Virus record (IMG/VR): IMGVR_UViG_2585427754_000004
Length of the DNA stretch: 64,000 nt
Reading direction: 5' to 3' (one strand)
Source of the DNA: a virus
Taxonomy: Duplodnaviria > Heunggongvirae > Uroviricota > Caudoviricetes
Both the position numbers and the translations under genes were made by a program. The notes under the pieces were generated by a model. The model had not been told where the DNA came from and made no database searches. It saw only the letters and a program-made list of their open reading frames with translations. Positions 8,326-17,600 of the stretch are shown one piece after another. Within the stretch, counting starts at the first letter, position 1, and each line of letters starts with the position of its first letter.

Positions 8326-9579
8326 GTGGAGAACACCTCCACGCTTGATTCATTGGTGAAACAACTTTTCTTTTGCCAAACCACAAAAGAAAAACACATG
8401 AGCCTTTATGTTATATCAACATTTAGGTTGGTCACAATATTGCCTGTTAAAAGTGGAATTATCGTGAGCGAGCTGAAAGAGCTAATTACCGAATTAGATT
8501 TTGAACAATGGTTGGATACTGAAGGTATCGTTTATCGACGTGGAGGCGTGAGTACTCGCGGTCGTGAAGTGAATATCAAGGAGTGTCCGGTATGTGGCAG
8601 CTCCAACTGGAAGGTATATTTCAATCTGACCAGTGGCGTCGGTAAATGCTTCGCTGGTGATCATCCCGAAGAGATTCAGTTCAATAAGCTGGTCTTCCTC
8701 AAGCACTACAGCGGCAAATCACGACGACAGTTCGAGGAATATGTGCAGAACGCCCTTCTTTCCCAGGGGTGGGCACCAAAGAAAGAAGAGATAGTGCTTG
8801 CAAGCACAGTCGAGTTAGAGGGACCACTTGCACTCCCTCGTCATTACGAACTTCCTATAGATGGCCGTCTTCCAGACTATCTGGTTGAACGAAACATATC
8901 GCCTGAAATGGCAAAGTATTTTGACCTACGATACTGCGTCGAAGGCAAGCACGCTTATGTAGATCCGTATACAGATCAGGTTAAAGGACAGATATTCGAT
9001 ATGCGAATACTGATACCGGTTTACGATCTGGATGGGGTAATGAAGACATTTCAGGGGCGAGACATTACCGGTACAGCTGAACGTCGCTACCTCTTTCCTA
9101 TGCAGCTTCCAGCTTCAGGTAAGTTTCTCTACAACGGCCATAATGCGGTCGGCAAACAGACTGTAGTTGTCTGTGAGGGGGCGTTCGATGTTATGGGAGT
9201 TAAACGAGCTATTTTTGATGAAGAAACATTACGTGATTACGTGGAACCGATAGGAACGTTCGGGATGCATCTATCTGGTAACACCACTCAGGATGCAGAA
9301 GATCAGTTGGGCGCGTTCCTGACGCTCAAGGCGCGTGGATTACGTAATGTGATCATGATGTGGGATAGTGAAAAGCAAGCTATACGCAACACTATGGCCG
9401 CAGCCAGGCGACTGACCAGTATTGGTCTTAATGTCAAAGTAGCATGTTTGGGCGAGGAAGGACTCGACCCAGGCGATGCAACGCCAGAACAAATTATCAA
9501 AGCCTATTATCGGGCAAAACCGTATACCAAACAGTTGGAGTTGCAAAGCAAGGTTTTGGGCATTAAGGCGCTATCGTAA
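8326..9579 (+). CDS. DNA primase (zinc-binding plus TOPRIM)
   Basis: CPVCGSS ... KCFAGDH zinc-binding element, TOPRIM-like VVVCEGAFDVMGV; adjacent to the helicase. Start may be an internal Met. Confidence 0.6.
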   Translation: MENTSTLDSLVKQLFFCQTTKEKHMSLYVISTFRLVTILPVKSGIIVSELKELITELDFEQWLDTEGIVYRRGGVSTRGREVNIKECPVCGSSNWKVYFNLTSGVGKCFAGDHPEEIQFNKLVFLKHYSGKSRRQFEEYVQNALLSQGWAPKKEEIVLASTVELEGPLALPRHYELPIDGRLPDYLVERNISPEMAKYFDLRYCVEGKHAYVDPYTDQVKGQIFDMRILIPVYDLDGVMKTFQGRDITGTAERRYLFPMQLPASGKFLYNGHNAVGKQTVVVCEGAFDVMGVKRAIFDEETLRDYVEPIGTFGMHLSGNTTQDAEDQLGAFLTLKARGLRNVIMMWDSEKQAIRNTMAAARRLTSIGLNVKVACLGEEGLDPGDATPEQIIKAYYRAKPYTKQLELQSKVLGIKALS

Positions 9580-9654
9580 CAAGTGCCGCTAAAATAAGTA
9601 GATGATTACTTATCTTTCTGTAAGAATACTTTCATCTGTTAGCTAGGAGTTGGT

Positions 9655-10431
9655 ATGAAAGACGAAATTCAGAAATTAGCCTGCGACATCATTGATAAAA
9701 CTGGTTTAGAAATCAGCGAGAGCAATCGACTAGACATCATTGAAAAAGCGGTAAAAACAGCAATGGATCATATCGCCACTCGTTTGGTCGAGATCCCGCT
9801 ACCGGGGCTACCTTATCTGAAGGTTAAGTTACACGTATGGGGTGAACCTTCTTGTGCACGGCGTTCTGCATTAGTTGTTTTTATTAGCAAAGAAAACCCG
9901 CTCAGTCTTAAAGTGCAGGTTGGTGCATGGATGGATGGCAAAGTGATCTACACAAATACCGTTTTTTGTCTTTCAAACGACGAAACTATTGAAGCGGCCA
10001 TTCAAGAAGCAGTTCTAGCAATGCGCAGCAGCGGTTTGATGAAGAATAACTACGAAGAGTACTTGCGTTCGATAAGTGGTGAAAAGACATTATCTCTGAA
10101 AGCAGATTTCGTTACCCCGAAAAACCTGTTGGAAGTCTTGCTTAATAAAGGGGCTAATGATGCCGTAAATGTAATCAGAGAGAGTGAGTATGCGTCTCTT
10201 TGCGACATGTGCAAAAGCCAGTTGGATCTGGTGCATATCGTTATTGATGCTGGGAAGGCATGTGATGGCGTAATGGCGGAATTTGCTTGGAAGGTGGTCA
10301 GGATTGCTAACGAATTACCGATGATAGAGCAAGAGGCCAAATCATACGCCACCAATCATGTCACAGAGCTTCTTGTCCCCTATCGCTTAGAAAGCAATCA
10401 GCGCAAGATGGTTAGCTGGGGAAGTTGGTAA
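9655..10431 (+). CDS. Hypothetical protein
   Basis: 258-aa ORF in the replication block. Confidence 0.3.
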   Translation: MKDEIQKLACDIIDKTGLEISESNRLDIIEKAVKTAMDHIATRLVEIPLPGLPYLKVKLHVWGEPSCARRSALVVFISKENPLSLKVQVGAWMDGKVIYTNTVFCLSNDETIEAAIQEAVLAMRSSGLMKNNYEEYLRSISGEKTLSLKADFVTPKNLLEVLLNKGANDAVNVIRESEYASLCDMCKSQLDLVHIVIDAGKACDGVMAEFAWKVVRIANELPMIEQEAKSYATNHVTELLVPYRLESNQRKMVSWGSW

Positions 10432-10486
10432 TCTCTCCGCGCGTCGTTTTTTACGCAAATAATGATAGGTAAGTACAAGATTATTT

Positions 10487-10969
10487 ATGGCGGTAGTTGT
10501 GAAAGCTGATTTGTCAAAAATCCCTTCTATTTCAGGAAATAACGGTTATTCACTTCGTTGTGAGGAAGTAAAGATAAACGGTGAGTCGGCATATTGCAGC
10601 TATTCCGTTTGCCAGCACACCATTCTTGCCTTCAAAGAAAACCGTCTTCCTCGAACTTCTTTCCAGTCGTGCGCAACCGCTATTAAAGCAGGCAAATGCA
10701 AGGCGTTAAAAATGATGGTTGAAGAGATTCGTAAAGGAGAATCTCTGTATTTCGAAGATATGACCGCGCTCATTAAGGAGGTTGAAGAACGGAATAAACA
10801 AGCCAGAACTATAAAACGAAAACGTGACAGTGTAACGATTAATAGCATGGTTAAGAAGAGCACCACATCACAAACAGCGATCACTGACGTGTATGCGGCG
10901 TTGCTTGAAGAAACAACAAAAGAAACACATGAGCAAATCGATCAACATATGGAGGCAAAACAACAATGA
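10487..10969 (+). CDS. Hypothetical protein
   Basis: 160-aa ORF; stop overlaps the ligase start. Confidence 0.3.
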   Translation: MAVVVKADLSKIPSISGNNGYSLRCEEVKINGESAYCSYSVCQHTILAFKENRLPRTSFQSCATAIKAGKCKALKMMVEEIRKGESLYFEDMTALIKEVEERNKQARTIKRKRDSVTINSMVKKSTTSQTAITDVYAALLEETTKETHEQIDQHMEAKQQ

Positions 10970-12288
10970 AAAAGTTGATCGCACTTAAGCATAAGCTGGA
11001 CGAAATGAAAGCTATGGGAACCAATGCAAAAAAAGAGGCATTGGCCAACATGGATGACTTCGAGCAAAGCATGGTTTCATTGATGCTCAACCCTTTCATC
11101 CGTTTTGGGGTAAAGAAATACAAAGTGGCAGAGCCGCTTAGTGAGTCCGTCCCAAGTGACGAAAAAGCCATTGATATACTGAATAAGCTGGCCTCTCGCG
11201 AGCTGACGGGGAACGCAGCAATAGCTGCTGTTGAGTCTATCGTGGCGTCAATGTGCGCCGATGGGCAGGACGTGTTCCGTCGTTTCCTCTTAAAAGATCC
11301 GAAAGCTGGCGTTGGGATTAGCCTATGCAACAAGGTTTTTGAAAATCCCATTCCGAAATTTGAGGTGCAGCTGGCGTCACCGTATAAAGAAAAAGGCGAC
11401 AAATACCCCTTCAAGCCAAATCCTAAAGCCAAATGGCCGATGATTGGCAGCCTTAAGCTCGATGGTTTGCGAGTAATTTGTGAGGTTATTGTTGACGAGG
11501 AAGAGGTGAACTTCCTTTCTCGTACTGGTAATCCAATCACGTCTCTCGATCACCTAAAGCCAGCCATGCTCGAATTAGGCAAACTTTCAGGCCACAAACA
11601 CATCTTCTTCGATGGTGAAGGAACAGCCGGTTCATTTAACCAGTCCGTATCTGCATTGCGCAAAAAGAACGTGCAGGCAATTGGCGCTATTTATCATGTT
11701 TTCGACTTCTTCCTACCGGAATGGCGGGCACAGGCTAAATCCAAAGAGTATGCAAAGACAGGTATGAAGCTGAAAGAGCGCCTGGCTATGCTCGTGGCGT
11801 TGTTCAAAAACGATCGCAGTGAAGGCTACGCACAAGACATTCACCTGCATCCGTTCTATATCATCCATAGCCACGAAGACTTCATCGAACGCTTCATGAA
11901 ACGCCTGGACGATAACGAAGAAGGGGAGATGGGCAAAGATCCGAACTCTGTTTACGAGTTTAAACGTACCCGCAGCTGGTGGAAGTTAAAAGACGAAGAT
12001 TCAGAAGATGGTGAAATTATCGATTTTGAGCCGGGCGATCCGGACTCTGGTTTTGCCAACACGCTTGGAAAAATTGTTATTCGCCTTGAAAACGGTGTGA
12101 TTGTTCGTGCGAGCGGCATTAAGCATAAATATCTGGACGAGATCTGGAACAACAAAGAGAAGTACCGTGGTCGTATTGTCGAGGTTCATTGTCACGAGAA
12201 AACGCAGGATGGCAGCTTACGCCACCCACGACTGAAATGGCCGCGTTGCTTACGCGATACAGAAGATCGAATCGGAGATAAAGAATGA
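10966..12288 (+). CDS. ATP-dependent DNA ligase
   Basis: Adenylation motif I KLDGLR (KxDGxR) and C-terminal lysine-rich motif; 440 aa. Confidence 0.7.
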   Translation: MKKLIALKHKLDEMKAMGTNAKKEALANMDDFEQSMVSLMLNPFIRFGVKKYKVAEPLSESVPSDEKAIDILNKLASRELTGNAAIAAVESIVASMCADGQDVFRRFLLKDPKAGVGISLCNKVFENPIPKFEVQLASPYKEKGDKYPFKPNPKAKWPMIGSLKLDGLRVICEVIVDEEEVNFLSRTGNPITSLDHLKPAMLELGKLSGHKHIFFDGEGTAGSFNQSVSALRKKNVQAIGAIYHVFDFFLPEWRAQAKSKEYAKTGMKLKERLAMLVALFKNDRSEGYAQDIHLHPFYIIHSHEDFIERFMKRLDDNEEGEMGKDPNSVYEFKRTRSWWKLKDEDSEDGEIIDFEPGDPDSGFANTLGKIVIRLENGVIVRASGIKHKYLDEIWNNKEKYRGRIVEVHCHEKTQDGSLRHPRLKWPRCLRDTEDRIGDKE

Positions 12289-12446
12289 TGCTCGGCTGGA
12301 TGATTGCATTTTTAGCAGTTGGTTTTTCATCGGTATTGTGGTGATGTCCAGTTGCATTAATGACTACATTAAAAACGGTGTTATAGAAAGACGAGGTCGC
12401 ATTTATCGCATTGTAGAAATAACCAACACCGTGAAGGAGATTAAGG

Positions 12447-12662
12447 ATGATCGTATTAAGTAAACGGGAGAAGGAAACGCTTCATGAAATCAGTAAGTGG
12501 CCGGAGTTCCCTGAGTACTGGAAGCCTAAAACGCGAGCTAAGTTAGAGCGGTTAGGGTTGGTTGCAAACGTTTCTGAAACGAAGTGTTCGGCCAACTACC
12601 AGTTAACTGATAAAGGGAAAGTATTGCTACAGCAATTAGTAGAATCAGGAGTGTTAAAATGA
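12447..12662 (+). CDS. Hypothetical small protein
   Basis: 71-aa ORF preceded by AAGGAG. Confidence 0.25.
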   Translation: MIVLSKREKETLHEISKWPEFPEYWKPKTRAKLERLGLVANVSETKCSANYQLTDKGKVLLQQLVESGVLK

Positions 12663-12916
12663 TTCCATACATCTCATTAGCTTTTATGGGTGGCTTCCTT
12701 ATCGGCTTCGGCATCTGTCGTGATTTAATTAAGCAGGAACTTAAAACCAAAACACTGTGCATCGGAAAGCGTGTGTATCGGGTAGTTCATGAAACAAAGG
12801 TGAAAAATGAGCAATTTAACTTCTTGGGAATGGTGGTTGGCCACCTATTTCTTAGCGGCCGGAGTCGCATTCGCCTTTTACGTAGGTCAGTTAGTCGTAA
12901 AACTGTTGCTGATTAA
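12659..12916 (+). CDS. Small membrane protein
   Basis: N-terminal hydrophobic helix; start overlaps previous stop; 3' end overlaps the next ORF by about 110 nt in another frame. Confidence 0.25.
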   Translation: MIPYISLAFMGGFLIGFGICRDLIKQELKTKTLCIGKRVYRVVHETKVKNEQFNFLGMVVGHLFLSGRSRIRLLRRSVSRKTVAD

Positions 12917-13097
12917 ATTTGCTAGTCATAAACGTATCGATGATGGTCTGTGGCGTCTTGGCACCCTGGTGGAAACTCGCTACGGGCAACTTAAGGAGAA
13001 CGAAACCATTACTATCCAGGCGAAACGATTCACTGCCACCATCACAAGAACACCTAGTCGTAGAGTGGCCTTGATCAAAAAAGTCACAACCGAATAA
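12807..13097 (+). CDS. Small membrane protein
   Basis: AAGGTG ribosome-binding site; N-terminal transmembrane helix WWLATYFLAAGVAFAFYV. Confidence 0.3.
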   Translation: MSNLTSWEWWLATYFLAAGVAFAFYVGQLVVKLLLIKFASHKRIDDGLWRLGTLVETRYGQLKENETITIQAKRFTATITRTPSRRVALIKKVTTE

Positions 13098-13875
13098 AAA
13101 CATCATGATAAGTATTTACTTACTTATCTTTTATGTATAAGATGACTTTGTTTTCGTTGAGACGCGACTGTTTGAACTTAAATACAAGTGCAAACGAAGA
13201 AGTCTATCTGGCAGTAGCCTAATAAGCCAAACACCAGCGAGGTCAGTTTCCAGCCTCGTTACCGAAATGGGACACACTGAGCGAGTGTGATTGCATAACG
13301 CAGGAGGGAACATTCATGTTCCCTCCGATGAAGTAACAGAATGGGCGGTTGGTATATTTTCAACTCCATATGACTCCCGGATTCTTAGCCACTGACCGCC
13401 CATCCTGTTACGTCATTTTGTTCAATTATGTCGTTTATACTGGGTTAAAAAGCGGCGACGTAGCCCGGCTGGTATGGTTAGCCAGCACACAACGTTGAGG
13501 CCATTACATTTTTATCAATTCTAAGGTTCTATTCACAGAGATACCGGCGAGCGTTGATATGTAACATGTTGGGCAAACATTCAATCGGAGTAGTGGCCTC
13601 AACGTTGTGAAGACAGGATTGTTGTGTAGGTTTAACCACTGTTGCCATTGGTGCCTGTTTTCACAACAAATGATTCCATACATCACATTGTATAAATTAC
13701 AAAGTAGGTGCTGTCCTCAGAAACATCATCTACTTAAAGATTTTGCCTTCTACTATTGAGCGAAGTCGAAAGCGTCTGGCACTAACGAAAAGTGCAAGTA
13801 GCGGTGCGTTTCCTGGCAGAAACTAAACCGTCGCGATTGGCACTGTTGAGTAATAAATACTGGCAGTGCTGAATT

Positions 13876-13950
13876 GATGGTGTAGCTCAGCGGTAGAGCA
13901 GTTGGCTGTTAACCAACTGGTCGGTGGTTCGAATCCACCCACCATCGCCA
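13876..13950 (+). tRNA. tRNA-Asn (anticodon GTT)
   Basis: Cloverleaf folded by hand: acceptor GATGGTG/CACCATC, anticodon loop CTGTTAA, T-arm GGTGGTTCGAATCCACC, discriminator G then CCA. Confidence 0.85.
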
Positions 13951-13955
13951 ATTTA

Positions 13956-14042
13956 GGGGAGTTAGTCCGTAGGGGCAGCGGGGTAGACTGTAAATCTACT
14001 GTCATTGCGACTCGGGTGGTTCGACTCCATCACTCCCCACCA
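13956..14042 (+). tRNA. tRNA-Tyr (anticodon GTA), type II with long variable arm
   Basis: Acceptor GGGGAGT/ACTCCCC, anticodon stem-loop GTAGA-CTGTAAA-TCTAC, T-arm GGTGGTTCGACTCCAT, CCA encoded. Confidence 0.8.
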
Positions 14043-14046
14043 AATT

Positions 14047-14122
14047 GCCGGTTTAGCTCAGTTGGTAGAGCGTCTGCCTTGTAAGCAGGATGTCAGCGGT
14101 TCGATCCCGTTAACCGGCACCA
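14047..14122 (+). tRNA. tRNA-Thr (anticodon TGT)
   Basis: Acceptor GCCGGTT/AACCGGC, D-arm GCTC ... GAGC, anticodon loop CTTGTAA, T-loop TTCGATC, CCA encoded. Confidence 0.75.
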
Positions 14123-14442
14123 ACACAACAGGTAAGAGCATTGGGCGAATCGGCGATACTGACCCACAAGCCCGTAAATCGATAGAGTCAGACCAGTGCT
14201 CTTACCGTTGTGAGGAAGTGCAGCTCTTTGAAGCAACCAGAAGATAAGCATCTGGCTTCACAACACAACGATAAGATCATTACGGTTAATCGTCGTTCAT
14301 GTGCACAATGACTGGTCGAAAGGTAGTGATCTTACCGTTGTGATGAATGCACAGGCTGATGTGCCGCAACTACAGTAGTGCGCGCTTTGCGGGGCTTGCT
14401 ACAACCCTGTGTCGGAGTTCAGCACCGACCATCACAATAGCT

Positions 14443-14529
14443 GGAGAGTAGGGAGCATGGTGCTCAAGCGGTCTTGAAAACCGTCCCATTGCGCAAGCGA
14501 TGATGGTTCGATTCCATTACTCTCCGCCA
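14443..14529 (+). tRNA. tRNA-Ser (anticodon TGA), type II
   Basis: Acceptor GGAGAGT/ACTCTCC, anticodon loop CTTGAAA, long variable arm, T-loop TTCGATT, CCA encoded. D-arm is atypical. Confidence 0.7.
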
Positions 14530-14684
14530 GACACAGCGTTGAGCGGTTTGGCCTTTTAATCACCCAGATTAAGACTCCGCTAACATAAACCAGACCGCTC
14601 AACGCTGTGATAGACAATTACGGCAGACGTTCTTAACCATAGCTTGCTAACATCCTAGCAACACTTTTTTTCAGCGCAAAATTC

Positions 14685-14708
14685 AAAGGGGCTTCGGCCC
14701 CTTTTTTG
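14685..14708 (+). terminator. Rho-independent terminator after the tRNA cluster
   Basis: GGGGCTTCGGCCCC followed by TTTTTT. Confidence 0.7.
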
Positions 14709-14750
14709 CAACTGAAAGAGTCAAGTCTACGAACTTTGTAGGAAGAAATA

Positions 14751-15101
14751 ATGACCAGCAAAGATAACACACCACTAAAAGTCACCCCTGAACACATTGA
14801 ACAACTCATTCAAAGTGAACATTATTTCACTGCATATGATGCCAGCCACGGGGATAACTTCATCTCTGTTTACAATTCAAAAACAGATATCGACAAAGGT
14901 CATGAGTCGTTAAAACTCTTAACGTTCTGCGTTATGGTTCTCAAAAATGGATATACCGTAACGGGAAAATCTGCGTGCGTAAGACCAGAAATCTTCAACT
15001 TTGATGTTGGTCGCGAGTACGCTCGAAAAGATGCTATCGATCAAATCTGGCCCCTGGAAGGCTATCTCCTGAAGCAAAAGTGGCATGAGGCAAAGCAATG
15101 A
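14751..15101 (+). CDS. Hypothetical protein
   Basis: 116-aa ORF preceded by GGAAG; stop overlaps the glutaredoxin start. Confidence 0.3.
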   Translation: MTSKDNTPLKVTPEHIEQLIQSEHYFTAYDASHGDNFISVYNSKTDIDKGHESLKLLTFCVMVLKNGYTVTGKSACVRPEIFNFDVGREYARKDAIDQIWPLEGYLLKQKWHEAKQ

Positions 15102-15343
15102 CGATCACTATCTACGGACGAGATAACTGCTCATACTGCAAACGTGCGGTCGAGCTGGCGAAGCAACTAAAGGGACATGGCTACGGTGATTATGAGTACA
15201 TCGACATCACCACTGCCGATATCGACAAGGAAAAACTTAGTGAAATTGTTGGTAAACCGGTAGAGACTATCCCCCAGGTGCTGATCGATGGCCAGCCGAT
15301 TGGCGGATACACAGAACTGGCTGCATACGTCAGCACCCTCTGA
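15098..15343 (+). CDS. Glutaredoxin (T4 NrdC-like)
   Basis: Active-site CSYC near the N-terminus and C-terminal IPQVLIDGQPIGGY, matching the glutaredoxin fold. Confidence 0.7.
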   Translation: MTITIYGRDNCSYCKRAVELAKQLKGHGYGDYEYIDITTADIDKEKLSEIVGKPVETIPQVLIDGQPIGGYTELAAYVSTL

Positions 15344-15348
15344 TTTTA

Positions 15349-15371
15349 ACGGCTCACAGGAGCCGTTTTTA
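15349..15371 (+). terminator. Rho-independent terminator
   Basis: ACGGCTC-acag-GAGCCGT followed by TTTTT. Confidence 0.6.
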
Positions 15372-15553
15372 TTCCCACCAAACTCACTCCCATTTCCCTT
15401 AAAATTCAAAAAACAACGTCAAAATGATTCCATACCTACTATGTATGGAATCATTAGTAAAAATGAGTTACTTTTACTCTTGATCCTATAAGAATCTATG
15501 CCTAATATACTGTTTACTTATACAGTACATCGGCGTAACTCGGTGATTGTCAT

Positions 15554-16657
15554 ATGAAAAATAGCTTTGACAGAGCACGCGCTGCGGAGAACACCTCAAA
15601 AGAGGCGATTGAGTATCTCGAAAGAGCATCTCAAATGCAGGCCGTTATGATCTCCCAGGTTAGCAATGACATGAGATTCTCGGACGCATTCATGTTATTC
15701 ACTCGCTTATCTCTGCTGATAACCAGACGTCGGCCAGAGATCGCTGTTCATTGTATTTTGATACATGTTTTGCCGCACATTGCCGATGTAAAAGTAAGTG
15801 ATATTAATAGGTTCATGGTGAACCAACTGGTCAACCCACTAATACTGGATGGCAAAATTGTTATGGGCCGCCGCGTTTTCTCTCTGATGAAGCAGTTCCT
15901 TAGCTGGTGCGCCTTCCAGGGGATGATAGACGTGTCACCGTTAAACGATATGTCACTTAACAAAGTTGCCGGTGGCGCAAAGCCCACGCCCCGCGAGCGG
16001 AAGCTGACTGACGCAGAGGTATGGGTGTTCTGGAATATATGGGACTACTTCAATGTGTGCGCTGGTACAAAATGGGCGGCCAGACTGTGTCTTGTATCAG
16101 CAAGACGACCTGACGAAGTACTGCGGGCTAAAAAAAGTGAGTTCAATCTTAAGCGTGGGGTTTGGAATCAAGGCAAGAGGAACAAATCTGCCCGTGAGCA
16201 TTCTCTGCCTTTAAGCTCATTAATGCGCACTTGTATTGAAGAGTTGTTCGAATATGGTAAAGACAGCCAGTGGCTCGTGCCTTCGAATAAAAAAATCGGG
16301 AAAGACCTTCCTATGTCTAAAGTGGCAATAGCCCAGGCATTACGTCGTATTCTGGAACGACCAGAACTGATGGAGCTTGAGCCATTTACACCCCGAGATT
16401 TGCGCCGTACTGCGCGTAGTTACTTCCCAGCATTAGGCATAAGCCAGGAGGTATCACGTAAAATCATGAACCACAGTCTTGAGGGGATAGATCGGGTCTA
16501 CGACCGTCACGATTATATGGACGAGATGCGAGACGCCTTAGAAAGTTTCTCGACGTACATCGCATCAATCGTAGAGCAACCGGATTTAGACGAAATTGAC
16601 CACAAATTTAAGGGAGATCGTCTATCAACAGAGCTTATTCGTGTAAATTTTTCATAG
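15554..16657 (+). CDS. int: Tyrosine recombinase / integrase
   Basis: C-terminal catalytic-domain pattern with Arg (RRPDEV), His and RDLRRTARS, then HS ... VYDRHDY carrying the putative Tyr. N-terminal start uncertain. Confidence 0.7.
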   Translation: MKNSFDRARAAENTSKEAIEYLERASQMQAVMISQVSNDMRFSDAFMLFTRLSLLITRRRPEIAVHCILIHVLPHIADVKVSDINRFMVNQLVNPLILDGKIVMGRRVFSLMKQFLSWCAFQGMIDVSPLNDMSLNKVAGGAKPTPRERKLTDAEVWVFWNIWDYFNVCAGTKWAARLCLVSARRPDEVLRAKKSEFNLKRGVWNQGKRNKSAREHSLPLSSLMRTCIEELFEYGKDSQWLVPSNKKIGKDLPMSKVAIAQALRRILERPELMELEPFTPRDLRRTARSYFPALGISQEVSRKIMNHSLEGIDRVYDRHDYMDEMRDALESFSTYIASIVEQPDLDEIDHKFKGDRLSTELIRVNFS

Positions 16658-17038
16658 AGACTTTATGGCCTCAACAACCTTTTGTGATGCGCCTTTCTCT
16701 TTACCGAATCGCTCGTTATATGCAGCAAGAACCTGTTTTTCGTCCTCGTTAAGAGGAGCAGTGCCTTCTTTGTATAAAAATGCTGCGAGTTCGGGTTGGC
16801 GTTCTTCCAGCACCATCATCATAAGACGACTTGGCTCAATGCCCAGCGCCAGCGCCAACGGACGAACCTTATCGATAGGCAAAGGAATTTTGCCACTTTT
16901 AATTAAAGAAAGGTTGTTGGCATTTTTGTAACCAATAAGTCTGGCTATTTGGGCCTGACTCATAGGTGAGGATTCAATCAACCCTGCGATAAAAGCAGCG
17001 TAGCGACTTTCTATAAATTCAATCTTGTTATCAGACAT
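16652..17038 (-). CDS. HTH (XRE-family) DNA-binding regulator
   Basis: Helix-turn-helix MSQAQIARLIGYKNANNLSLIKSGK; convergent with the integrase; palindromes in its upstream region. Confidence 0.5.
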   Translation of the reverse strand: MSDNKIEFIESRYAAFIAGLIESSPMSQAQIARLIGYKNANNLSLIKSGKIPLPIDKVRPLALALGIEPSRLMMMVLEERQPELAAFLYKEGTAPLNEDEKQVLAAYNERFGKEKGASQKVVEAIKSL

Positions 17039-17289
17039 GGTTACAACCTTTGCGCGTTCAATTCTCTCTGGTAAGTGCTTACCGATATTACATCAAAGGT
17101 TAGGGTTGTAAAGCTATTATCATTTTTTTCGATAGGCACTTAAAAGACCGGTTAAAGGCCATTGCACGGAGAAAAATTAGCCCAAAATAGGTAAGAAAAT
17201 CAACTTGCATATGATATGAATGTATTCAGTATTGATACAAATTTTAGTAGTATTCCTTACCATAGTATAAGTTAGAATGGATTGATTGA

Positions 17290-17502
17290 ATGAAAACCAC
17301 TATTTCCAGCCTAATCGCTCTTGAGATCGGACACGTACAGAAATTAGCTGATGAGTGTGTAGCTGACATCCTCACCGATCTACCGAATGAGCAGATTCAG
17401 GTTGGTGTGAATGACACAACTGGATTTATATTCGAACTTAACAACAAACGCTTCACGCTTCTCAATACCGGCTCCGGGTCTTTAGCCGTCAGAATCTGTT
17501 AA
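17290..17502 (+). CDS. Hypothetical small protein
   Basis: 70-aa ORF followed by a hairpin. Confidence 0.25.
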   Translation: MKTTISSLIALEIGHVQKLADECVADILTDLPNEQIQVGVNDTTGFIFELNNKRFTLLNTGSGSLAVRIC

Positions 17503-17600
17503 CCCCTCTTCTCCCTGCGCGAATGGCTTAGTTCCCTGTTCGCGCAGTGCTACATTAAACACACTAGTAAATAATTTGTTTTCATAACAAAGGATTAGCC

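Noticed and set aside
13823-14617. ORFs from the six-frame track overlapping the tRNA cluster (13823..14005, 13902..14084, 14005..14247, 14432..14617)
   Set aside because: They coincide with four well-folded tRNAs and their spacers, have no ribosome-binding sites, and their translations are low-complexity.
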